Positions 47,197 to 56,372 of a DNA stretch of 64,000 bases are shown here, piece by piece. Source of the DNA: Candidatus Kapaibacterium sp. (GTDB lineage Bacteria; Bacteroidota; Ignavibacteria; Kapaibacteriales; NICIL-2); NCBI GenBank assembly GCA_025055755.1, contig JANWWF010000001.1:151581-215580 (forward strand), given 5' to 3'. The notes below the pieces were generated by a model. The model was given only the letters and a program-made list of their open reading frames with translations. It did not search any database and was not told the DNA's origin. Numbering within the stretch: position 1 is the stretch's first letter; each line of letters starts with the position of its first letter. The translations under genes were made by a program, and so were the position numbers.

Positions 47197-50166
47197 ATGC
47201 TGATGGTAATGATTGCTCTGCTCTTCATCGGAATTGTAAGCTTAGGAATTGCTCAACCGCTGCAATCACCATATCCCTGGAGTTTGAGCCCACTGAGTAC
47301 ATTGGACTCGTTTTCGCTTCCAATACCACCATTGCGTACTACAGTCCAGAAAGGTCGAATTAGCATACGGGAGGGAAAGCTTGTATATCCTGATGGCTCC
47401 CGAGCCCGGCTATACGGAGTAACGATTGCGGGTCCTGCTGTCTTCCCAGATAGTGCCCAGGCTGTTGCTGTTGCTCGCCGCCTTCATAGCCTTGGTATCA
47501 ACCTTGTCCGGCTAACGCTTTTTGACTATACCAACTACAACGACGCTTCGATCCTAATTCGCTCCAATACTACCAGTCGTGGTTTTGACAGCAGTATGCT
47601 TCGACGCTTTGATTGGTTTATTGCCCAACTTCGCCAACATGGAATCTATGTTTCTCTTGTTCTTCGCTCGACTCGCCTTGCCCGACGCGAGGATGGTATT
47701 ATCGGCTGGGATTCAATACGATATGCAGGACGGTTGTACTCGTATTTTTTGCCCAGCTATCAACTCGTTGTACGCGACTACATTCGTGATTTACTGACCC
47801 GACGTAATCAATTTACTGGTGTGCCATACCGTGACGATCCAACTATAGCCATCCTTGAGATAGACCAAGACAACTCCCTCATCACTCAATGGATATCTAA
47901 CACTCCTTTTCCTATCTCTCAGGGCGGTCAGCTATCATACCTTCACTCGCGAATCCTTGATAGTGCATTTATCCGTTTTGTTCTCAACAAATACCGCACA
48001 GCCCAAGCAGCACAACAGGCATGGAGCTTTGCTCCTCGCTCAACAGCTAATGTCATCACCAATTCAAGCTTTGAGGATGCATTTGATAACACATGGTTGT
48101 TAAGTGTAGGAGGAAATGCCCTCGCAATTTCAGAACGTGATCCATTAGACAAAAAAGATGGTAGTTACTCTATGCGCATTCGCATTGCACAGCCAGGTAC
48201 AGCACCAGGAAATATTCGATATCGCAACATCACCCCGCAGTTACAACGGTATGCCCTCTATCGAATACAGCTATGGGCAAAAACAGATGTTCCCAGTCGA
48301 CTGATAACCATTGCAATAGGTAACTTTTCTGTCCGCGACACCCTTCGATCACAATGGAGAGAGTACACCTACACCTTTCGCAGTAATGTTGAGGGTGCTG
48401 CAGAATTCCGCGTGGAAGCAGGCGCAGCAAATGGTGACGTTTGGCTGGATAATGTCCGCGTTACAGCCGTCCCAGAATCAGGTTTAGTGACAGGAGAGTC
48501 ATTTGCAACCTATACTGTTGCACGTAGCCGTTACCAGCAACACACCGAACACTCCCTTGCACGGTGGCGAGATAATCTTGAATTTTATCAAGCCCTGACA
48601 GAGTCCTGGTATAATTGGATTTACCGCCTTGTTCATGATACGCTTGGATGTCGTGCCCTTATAGCTCCAGGGAATCAACTTTCTACTCTTAACGAGGTAT
48701 ACGCATCCCGTCTGCTTGACTTGCCATCAGTTGGAACTGGCTGGGATAGCCCTTACCGTCGGGTCGCAGGTGCAACAAGTGACTCCGCGTGGTACATTCT
48801 CAACGATCCCCAACTTGGCAACCGATTCGGCGGAATAATTTTTATTCCTGCCCGCATTCGTATTACTGGCAAACCCCTGATGGTATGCAGTTACTCTGTT
48901 CCCTACCCCTTTGCATCCATGGCAGAGATGACAATGATGGTACCTGCCTACCTTGCCTACCAAGATGCAGATGTGTTCGTACTCACATACTATGCCTATA
49001 ATCGTGCAAGTCTTACAACACCATGGGTGCGCGATCGATATGGAGTCAATGCTGCAGGTACTATCACACACTATGAATATGCAGGGAATCCTGCCGTGAT
49101 TTCTGCATTACCACTGTCAACCCATGTTTTCCGGCAGGGAATAATCGCGCCTGCTCGCGACACACTATTCTTAAGGCATACCCAAGAAGCACTGTCCTAC
49201 CCTCCTTACAATCAGTCAGGAGGCTTTTTTCTTGCAAGCGGAACAGACAACCGACTCCCGCTATTCCGCCGTATCGAGATTGATTCATTCAATGCTGTTT
49301 TACAGAGCTTTCAACCTCACAGAGAAGTTCCTGCACTCGCAGACCAAGGAAACGTCAACATCGCTGAACTGCTGAGCGATACAGGTGAGCTGCTCTGGAA
49401 TGCAAGTGACACGGTGTTCATAGTGCGCACTTCTTTTTATCGTGCTGCCACAGGTGTCATAAGAGGTAAAATTATCGATCTCAGTGGTCGTGGCACTCAC
49501 ACTATCGAGCGGCTTGACAATGGGTGGATAGGTACTGCCGAGTTTCTCTCTCTTGATAGAACGCTTGACTCTGCAGAGAAGGTACTTATGGCTCTCCACA
49601 CGAGAACCTCTACAACAGGAGCTATCTGGGATGGAGACTCAACCACCTACAGGAGATGGGGTGATCCTCCCATGCAAATGGAAGCGATGCAGATAGTTGT
49701 TTCGATCCGTCACAATACCGCAGACTCACTCCTAATAATCCCCCTCGACACTAATGGCATTCCGCAAGCGTCTCGAGCATGGATTGTGACTAAATCGGGA
49801 GGACGGTTCCGCTTCACGATTGATCAGCGTTTAGATCGCACCGTTTGGTATTCACTTCGTTTTCTCCGCACTGCTGAGCCTTTGGCAGTCAAAGATAATC
49901 AGCTGTCTTCCCGAAGAATACTGCTCCGTTCTTCTTTACCTGATCGATTAGAAGCCGTAATTGAAGGATACATAGAGGGAACACCTATCCACATAGCTGT
50001 CTATTCTCTCGACGGACGAAGGATCGTTCAACGCTCCTTAGAAGCAGTTCGTGCGCCCAGCGAGATTCGTCTGATAGACTTATCCTTTCTCGGTAGAGGG
50101 GCTTATATCTGCACCCTCACCGTTGGAACCCAAACTATTGCAGAAAAAGTGCTTGTTGCTCCTTGA
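47197..50166 (+). CDS. Secreted clan GH-A-like (GH5/GH148-like) protein with an inserted CBM4/9-like module and T9SS CTD; probably catalytically inactive
   Basis: DGSRARLYGV..FP..A...ARRL...GINLVRL, NQFTGVPYRDDPTIA, CBM4-like NSSFE...VWLDNVRV, CTD VYSLDGR..GAYIC. Start placed at the signal peptide. Confidence 0.7.
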   Translation: MLMVMIALLFIGIVSLGIAQPLQSPYPWSLSPLSTLDSFSLPIPPLRTTVQKGRISIREGKLVYPDGSRARLYGVTIAGPAVFPDSAQAVAVARRLHSLGINLVRLTLFDYTNYNDASILIRSNTTSRGFDSSMLRRFDWFIAQLRQHGIYVSLVLRSTRLARREDGIIGWDSIRYAGRLYSYFLPSYQLVVRDYIRDLLTRRNQFTGVPYRDDPTIAILEIDQDNSLITQWISNTPFPISQGGQLSYLHSRILDSAFIRFVLNKYRTAQAAQQAWSFAPRSTANVITNSSFEDAFDNTWLLSVGGNALAISERDPLDKKDGSYSMRIRIAQPGTAPGNIRYRNITPQLQRYALYRIQLWAKTDVPSRLITIAIGNFSVRDTLRSQWREYTYTFRSNVEGAAEFRVEAGAANGDVWLDNVRVTAVPESGLVTGESFATYTVARSRYQQHTEHSLARWRDNLEFYQALTESWYNWIYRLVHDTLGCRALIAPGNQLSTLNEVYASRLLDLPSVGTGWDSPYRRVAGATSDSAWYILNDPQLGNRFGGIIFIPARIRITGKPLMVCSYSVPYPFASMAEMTMMVPAYLAYQDADVFVLTYYAYNRASLTTPWVRDRYGVNAAGTITHYEYAGNPAVISALPLSTHVFRQGIIAPARDTLFLRHTQEALSYPPYNQSGGFFLASGTDNRLPLFRRIEIDSFNAVLQSFQPHREVPALADQGNVNIAELLSDTGELLWNASDTVFIVRTSFYRAATGVIRGKIIDLSGRGTHTIERLDNGWIGTAEFLSLDRTLDSAEKVLMALHTRTSTTGAIWDGDSTTYRRWGDPPMQMEAMQIVVSIRHNTADSLLIIPLDTNGIPQASRAWIVTKSGGRFRFTIDQRLDRTVWYSLRFLRTAEPLAVKDNQLSSRRILLRSSLPDRLEAVIEGYIEGTPIHIAVYSLDGRRIVQRSLEAVRAPSEIRLIDLSFLGRGAYICTLTVGTQTIAEKVLVAP

Positions 50167-50197
50167 GGCCAAGGCATAAAAATTTCGGCGATGTGCA

Positions 50198-51016
50198 TTA
50201 GAAAGCAAACCGCACGTCGATTTGCGCTTGAATAGTACTAACGCGCCAACTTTCATTTCGTGTAAGATTTGTAATGCCAAAATTGTAATTCAGGGAGGGA
50301 ACAATTGTCATACGGCGGAGGAAGATTTCGTATTGAATTCCCGCCTTCAAACCAATGCGTAAAGCGTTGGATTCGGGTATCTCGTTGCTGAAAATAACAA
50401 CGGTGCGATTAAAGTCGCGGTACGTGTAATTGGGGTCAGGCACAAATTGTGCATTGGGCGGATCAACAAGCTTAAGGAGCTGCTCAACTTTCTTTTCAAT
50501 AGCATAGCTCACAACAGGACCTGCCTGAATACCAAAACCCGTTGTACCTAATCCAAAGCGGTACATTGCCTCAAAATCTATTGTGGTATAGGTAACATCA
50601 GCAGTAAACTCTGTTGTTGTAAGGATTGTGCGGGTTTCATTGCCCGAAATAACTCGACTGGGAAGCTGATCGTTGATTTGCTGGAAGGAAGAAGGCATGC
50701 GATTGTAAAGCAAGCGGAAAATCAACGATGAACGTGAGTCTTTTGGATTTCCAAGAATTATTTCTGTGTTCACCCCCACAAAAAAACCATTGGCGCTTCC
50801 ATCTTCGAGAGTTGGGCACAACGGTGCATTCTCAGGATTAGCATAGTACTGAAACCCTCCTGTTTGCATAACACGGTTATAACCTACAACAGGTCCGACA
50901 AAAATTCTCGATGGCGCCTTTGCTGGTTCCAGTGGATTTGCCAGGTCCTGGGAATAAATTACCACCGCATTTGCAAACAGAGCAATGTATGCAACCGCTG
51001 TACGCAAGCATTTCAT
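50198..51016 (-). CDS. Outer-membrane beta-barrel protein (PorT/OmpA-barrel-like)
   Basis: Signal peptide, GPVVGYN, QAGP, YNFGITN, terminal strand IDVRFAF. Confidence 0.7.
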   Translation of the reverse strand: MKCLRTAVAYIALFANAVVIYSQDLANPLEPAKAPSRIFVGPVVGYNRVMQTGGFQYYANPENAPLCPTLEDGSANGFFVGVNTEIILGNPKDSRSSLIFRLLYNRMPSSFQQINDQLPSRVISGNETRTILTTTEFTADVTYTTIDFEAMYRFGLGTTGFGIQAGPVVSYAIEKKVEQLLKLVDPPNAQFVPDPNYTYRDFNRTVVIFSNEIPESNALRIGLKAGIQYEIFLRRMTIVPSLNYNFGITNLTRNESWRVSTIQAQIDVRFAF

Positions 51017-51027
51017 GGTACCTTCTC

Positions 51028-54000
51028 CTATTGTTTGAGATAACAACAGCTACTGATGTATTCACCGTCTGCGGACAATAGAACCAAGCTGTAAAGCCCG
51101 CTCGACAAATGTTTTGTTTCAAATATAATAACTCGATGCCCTACATCCAAACGTTCCTGCCCTAGCATTATCCGCTGCCCATGAAGAGAATATGCCAAAA
51201 GTTGAACTGTCTGCGGCGTATACACATCGAGTTCCACACAGATAATATCCTCGAGAGGATTGGGAGTCACCTTTTGGAGCTTAATTCCTCCTAATTGCAC
51301 ACCTCGTAAGGTGTGGCCGCAAACAAGCTTAGTCCCAATAGTCGCTTGGGTAGAATCAGGACGATAACATTCACCCAGGGAGAAGCTCCCCCGAACAATA
51401 CCGCTTGGAACAATCGAGTATAGCAAGCGTATTGGTAATGCAAGCGTCCATGTACATGTATCGACAAAACGAGGTATCTGCCAAGCAACCCGGAGCTTGT
51501 TGGGATACTGCAGAGCAACGATCCCCTTCGTTATGCTGACTGAGCCATCACATCGGAGAAGGACAGGCACATCACTATCTCCTCCATAGTCTGCAATCAA
51601 CTCGGGCAGTTCTGCTTGCAGAACAGCATTAAGCTGTGTATTGTATCCCTTCATTACAGTGCCACCCACACGTAATGAGATGACACTATCTATACTGCCT
51701 AGTACATTTTCAATTACAAGCTTGAGTTGTCCTTGTGTTGGTGTAACACGTACAACGCGCTCTAAAACTACCGTATCGTTAGCTGTAATTCGTATAAGGA
51801 ACTCACGCTGCAGTTGTGGTGGGGGGAATGCCAGTCGAACCCTCAGTTGCTCTTTTGGATACATCATCGTCGGAAATCGTGAAAGAATAGTAGTTCGGGT
51901 CGTTCCTTCGATTATCTCCGCCGAGGATAAGCGCACCGGCATAGTACCCTTATTCTGGAGCAACAGAGTAAGGAAAAATTCGCTACACCGATGGGGAAAA
52001 GGATCATACTCAAGGTCAAGCTGTAGAACAGGCAATTCAGCCCTATCGGTAGTATCTCCTGGATTGTTCTCTGTCGAGTCATCATTAGCAACACCGAGGC
52101 CATACAGCGCCCCCCTTGACGTTGTAGGTATGTAGTTCGGTTGTGCATCATGGCGTACAACAATCATCACCGTGTGCAAGCCAACGCGGAGTGGCTCAAA
52201 AATTACTGGCAACAATAATTCATCTCCTGGTGCCAGGCGTATCGGAAACGACTGAACGCCTGCGATGCGAAATGCAGCCCGATCAGGACCCTCCATCCAC
52301 AGTGTATCAATTGTTAGTCCCTCATTTCCACCCGATCGAGCAACACGAATTGTGTAACTCTTTGTGTAACCAATGCGTACTGGTCCAACAGTCGTATCAA
52401 ACATGGATATTTCAGGTAAAGTCCCAATACCCCGTGCTGAAAAGGATATAACAGACCCTGCTTGATCGATAAACTCAAAGGTCGAACTGAGCATCCCGCG
52501 TACTTGCGGAGAAAATCGTAATGGTACCGTTACGGTTCCGGCTGCGGGAATACGTAGCGTATCATTCGGTTGCAGTGAGTGTAAAAATGATGCCCTATCA
52601 CCCTGCTGTTGCCGAAAGCGAACGAATGCAGGGATATTCCCCCGATTGAAAACCCGAGCGACTGTATCAAAGCGGGTCCCAACACGACGGAGACCAAAGT
52701 CAACATCTTCCGCTTGGAGTTGCACGCGTATTCCACGCCCCTGTAGCACAGCACGAACCATTAGCTGTTTATCATTTCTGAACAACAAGTAGGTGGTAGC
52801 CTGTCCAGTATCTTTCGGAGAATAGCAAACACGAAGGCTGACACTATCCCCTGGCAAAAGTTGAATAGGAAAACGGCTTTGGTCAACAGAGAACATAGTT
52901 GAATCCTCTACTATCGCACTCGTTAGCACGATCCCCTCTGAACCTGAATTACGTATCACCGTATAGCGACACGCGGAATCTCCAACAAGCACATCTCCAA
53001 AGTCAACATCAACAATAGAAAGCTCTGCTTGTGGCAAAAATCCCTCAAGTGGCTGAGCATATGTAAGCCCACAGCTGAGTTGCCATATCAGGGTATCCCG
53101 AATAACTCCCGATGCTCGAGCAGTATAGCAAACATTCACTTTAACCTCCCTGCGAGGTAGGCAATACAGTGGAAATTGCGCATCACGAGCAGAAAATGCG
53201 CTCAGATTACCATTTCGAAGCCAAACCGTGTCTATTCGAAGCGTATCGCGGAAGCTAAAGTTTCTGAGTGTGGCTTGTGCACAATGGACTTGTCCTACTG
53301 CTGTAGCTCGAAATCGTAGCGGACGAGGGATAATATCCACCTGCGGTGCTTTATAACGATAGCGGTAGCGTATCCCGTTACCTGCATAATCTCTCGTGAT
53401 GATAGCTACCACCCCATCCTGGTAAGGATTGACAAGTTCAGCACGAAACGAGATACCTGCTCCGGTGGGATAAGCACGAAAAGTATAGTTATGGCTACTA
53501 TCTGGCTCGATAACAACGTATGCTAACCCAGCGCCACCGTGATCTTGTGCTACACCACTAATGTTGCCGCAGCTGTCCTCAATAGCGATTGTCGGTATGA
53601 TTGTGTCCCGGCTGACAACCCCGGTTACTCCAAGAACATGCGCATAGGAGTCGGTATAGCCCATTCCATAGAGTACCCCACTAAAATACCCGCTGTCGGT
53701 TTCTAAGACATGTGTCCCCGGAGAAAGAGGGATTTGTGCCCAATACATACCGCTACTGCGGAACTTCTGGGTTGCAAGCTCAGGAGCTATCGTTGCAGCT
53801 ATCGTCTGTCCATCAAGTCGTACCGATAACCGTGCCCGTTCATCACAAATGATATTGAGCATGTGGCGGTCAAATTGGCGAGCAAATATTGGATCCTGCA
53901 GGTTCGCGGGAGCTTGAAATACGCAACGTGACACATAACGACCGATTGGCACCGCGATAACCATGGCCGGATCAAACATGATCGAATTTGCAATTGTCCC

Positions 54001-55071
54001 AGTCGTCATATACTGCACAAGCGCAAATGGCTTATCAGCATACCACCACGTAGGAGAATTGACGCGCGGAAGGGTCAAGGTATCCCCGGCATGCGCCAGT
54101 ACTCGCGTAATATCCTCACGCTCGGTGTAAATCATAATTCGAGTGTTGGGGTAAATAGCCACGGCTCGAAGGTAATCGCCCGCTGCTATGCGTCCCCCTG
54201 TTGCAAAAGGCACCGTCACATAGCTTGAGCCAAGAACACTATTCGGCAAGAGCATTTCTACCAGATGGTCCTTACTATCAAGCCGCTGAGGCAACCCAAT
54301 AGGTACGGAGGCTCGAACATGACCGGAAACGACAGTTATTGGTTTATTGGCGCGTATCCATGTGCCTGAAAGATCGCCTTCCCCTTGCGGAAGAGGATAG
54401 GCTTTCACCAAGTAGCATTCACCTCGTCCTAACGTGACAGAATGCCACTGTCCAGCAGATTTTCCCCCTTCTGTCGGCACGGTAGGACGAAACTCTACTT
54501 GTGTAGCATCCTCTGCAGCAATAATCATGAACTCAGATTGACGAATAGCAGGTGGATCAACTGGCGTCCCAATCCCATCCCCATAGGTATCGTTGGGCAA
54601 CGAGAGGACAACGTACTCTTTTCCCCACATGTGAAGAGGTAGTGCTGCATAGCTGTCACTAGTCGTGTATTGACTACTCATCGCATACACGGCAATAGGG
54701 AGCTCTGAACGAACCTCAATTGCTCGGCGTATTGGGACTTCTGATTGGCGCACCTCAAGGGTATCGGGGAGCAACAAAGGAAGAGTCTCGTAAGCTCTTA
54801 GAATGTACTTTTTCTCATTTCCATCAGGGTAAATAAGTGTAACAGTGTTCGGATATGCTGTGGCAATGAGAACACGCAGTCGAAGCCCTGATGGTTGAAT
54901 TTCGTTTTCATTCTGCATAAAACCAACGATAAAGTGCGTCCCCTCGGACTGATTCGGTCGCTGCACTGGAAGGGTGTCAAGCACTTGAGCGCCAACTGCC
55001 AAGGGCGTAGCGATTAGCACAATCCATAATTTCCATAGCTTCCAGCGGAGAACCATCAGCCGACCTCTCAC
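51028..55071 (-). CDS. IgGFc-binding (FCGBP N-terminal) domain protein with tandem Ig-like (ASH/choice-of-anchor D-like) repeats and T9SS CTD
   Basis: SEGTHFIVGFMQN, SDSYAALP...WGKEY, DLSGTWIRANKPI.V.SGH, DHLVEMLLP, repeated VDFG..VG...N.G, CTD TPNP...LSSGLY. Confidence 0.8.
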   Translation of the reverse strand: MRGRLMVLRWKLWKLWIVLIATPLAVGAQVLDTLPVQRPNQSEGTHFIVGFMQNENEIQPSGLRLRVLIATAYPNTVTLIYPDGNEKKYILRAYETLPLLLPDTLEVRQSEVPIRRAIEVRSELPIAVYAMSSQYTTSDSYAALPLHMWGKEYVVLSLPNDTYGDGIGTPVDPPAIRQSEFMIIAAEDATQVEFRPTVPTEGGKSAGQWHSVTLGRGECYLVKAYPLPQGEGDLSGTWIRANKPITVVSGHVRASVPIGLPQRLDSKDHLVEMLLPNSVLGSSYVTVPFATGGRIAAGDYLRAVAIYPNTRIMIYTEREDITRVLAHAGDTLTLPRVNSPTWWYADKPFALVQYMTTGTIANSIMFDPAMVIAVPIGRYVSRCVFQAPANLQDPIFARQFDRHMLNIICDERARLSVRLDGQTIAATIAPELATQKFRSSGMYWAQIPLSPGTHVLETDSGYFSGVLYGMGYTDSYAHVLGVTGVVSRDTIIPTIAIEDSCGNISGVAQDHGGAGLAYVVIEPDSSHNYTFRAYPTGAGISFRAELVNPYQDGVVAIITRDYAGNGIRYRYRYKAPQVDIIPRPLRFRATAVGQVHCAQATLRNFSFRDTLRIDTVWLRNGNLSAFSARDAQFPLYCLPRREVKVNVCYTARASGVIRDTLIWQLSCGLTYAQPLEGFLPQAELSIVDVDFGDVLVGDSACRYTVIRNSGSEGIVLTSAIVEDSTMFSVDQSRFPIQLLPGDSVSLRVCYSPKDTGQATTYLLFRNDKQLMVRAVLQGRGIRVQLQAEDVDFGLRRVGTRFDTVARVFNRGNIPAFVRFRQQQGDRASFLHSLQPNDTLRIPAAGTVTVPLRFSPQVRGMLSSTFEFIDQAGSVISFSARGIGTLPEISMFDTTVGPVRIGYTKSYTIRVARSGGNEGLTIDTLWMEGPDRAAFRIAGVQSFPIRLAPGDELLLPVIFEPLRVGLHTVMIVVRHDAQPNYIPTTSRGALYGLGVANDDSTENNPGDTTDRAELPVLQLDLEYDPFPHRCSEFFLTLLLQNKGTMPVRLSSAEIIEGTTRTTILSRFPTMMYPKEQLRVRLAFPPPQLQREFLIRITANDTVVLERVVRVTPTQGQLKLVIENVLGSIDSVISLRVGGTVMKGYNTQLNAVLQAELPELIADYGGDSDVPVLLRCDGSVSITKGIVALQYPNKLRVAWQIPRFVDTCTWTLALPIRLLYSIVPSGIVRGSFSLGECYRPDSTQATIGTKLVCGHTLRGVQLGGIKLQKVTPNPLEDIICVELDVYTPQTVQLLAYSLHGQRIMLGQERLDVGHRVIIFETKHLSSGLYSLVLLSADGEYISSCCYLKQ

Positions 55072-56372
55072 CTATCGAGAATAGCACCACGAGTAAGTAA
55101 CTGGTCTCGGCGTGGTTTAGTTTCAGCAAACCACTGAAACTCACGCAAATATCGTTCCTCTGGTCGAAGAAGATGCTCTGGAACATACTCACTTTGAACA
55201 TTCCCATACCAGCTTGTGCGCTGTATTTGACCATTGCTGAGCGTAATCGCAATGCTATCACTTGCAACCCGAGTTATACCATCAGGTTCCCCCGTATCAC
55301 TTCGATTCAGGTAAAGCGTTTTGACGTTACCCGACCCAAAAACATAGCGCAGCGTATCGCCCTCAAAACGGAGCAGAATGCGCTCTGCGACTAACTGGTG
55401 GGGAGCGGTACTCATGCTATCTTCTATGATACCGAGCGTTGCATTTCCAATTGCAATAAGCTGTTGTAGCCGACGCTGAACCAACTGAGCGTAGATCACT
55501 GAACCAGTGAGTTGCGAAGAATCAGCCCATACTACAGGTGCATGGTAAAGCGAAATAGCGTTTTCCCCTTGCATCACTAAACTGTCCCCACATCCAGATA
55601 ATGCCCCACGGAGAAAACGAACTTTCCCCCATGCAACCAACAGCCGACCATGCAGGGAACTATCAGCTAACGCAAAGCACTGTGAACGGAGAAAAAGTGT
55701 ATCACCCTCCACTGTATCAGCCTGTATAAGTGTGCTATTACCACAGACGCGCGCATACCGATGCACAACATCCTGATAAGCAGAATCACCGCTTACTGCC
55801 ATCTTTTCAGCAGTGAAAGTAATACTCACGTTACCCCACGCAAGCCGCTCTTGCGTTTCGCGGTAGTAAGCCAGGCTATCAGCAAGTACTACTGTGCCAC
55901 TATCTACAGCACGGACGCGATCATAAAAGATGGCTTTCTTTGTATCAAAAAAGTACTCTCCATGTGGAGCATACAAAGCACTTGCTCCATCTTCGATGAT
56001 GACATTCCCTATTCCTTTGGCACGGCGCTGAAGCGAAAGATACTCCCCACGGTCCATACGCATCCGGAGAGTCCCTTGTGTTATGATAACACTGCCGCTA
56101 AGCTCTGCTCGTCCTGTTGTGAGTTCCTGACGTGCTTTCATACAGCTAATTATGACGTCACCATGCATAAGCTGCACGTTGCCCTGCAATTCCCTGGTTG
56201 GTCCTCGATCAGTTTCATAGCCGATCATTTGATCAGCATGCCGTATGACAAGGGGTGGATTATTCGTATTTTGTAATTGAGCAAACGATAGCTGCACAGT
56301 ATAGAGAAGCATGCATACTATTACTTGCAGAATTTCTGACCACACTTGGTAAGGTGCACAATCGTTTCGCAT
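55068..56372 (-). CDS. OstA/LptA-like beta-taco repeat protein (LPS transport related)
   Basis: Repeated GNV.I/L...ADS/GDS motifs and a YL..F.W...KP C-terminus typical of Bacteroidota OstA-like proteins. Start uncertain. Confidence 0.72.
   Translation of the reverse strand: MRNDCAPYQVWSEILQVIVCMLLYTVQLSFAQLQNTNNPPLVIRHADQMIGYETDRGPTRELQGNVQLMHGDVIISCMKARQELTTGRAELSGSVIITQGTLRMRMDRGEYLSLQRRAKGIGNVIIEDGASALYAPHGEYFFDTKKAIFYDRVRAVDSGTVVLADSLAYYRETQERLAWGNVSITFTAEKMAVSGDSAYQDVVHRYARVCGNSTLIQADTVEGDTLFLRSQCFALADSSLHGRLLVAWGKVRFLRGALSGCGDSLVMQGENAISLYHAPVVWADSSQLTGSVIYAQLVQRRLQQLIAIGNATLGIIEDSMSTAPHQLVAERILLRFEGDTLRYVFGSGNVKTLYLNRSDTGEPDGITRVASDSIAITLSNGQIQRTSWYGNVQSEYVPEHLLRPEERYLREFQWFAETKPRRDQLLTRGAILDR

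Noticed and set aside
45700-56300. Apparently more AT-rich stretch as a horizontally acquired island
   Set aside because: Impression only, not computed. No mobility genes or boundary repeats, and the genes look native to the lineage.
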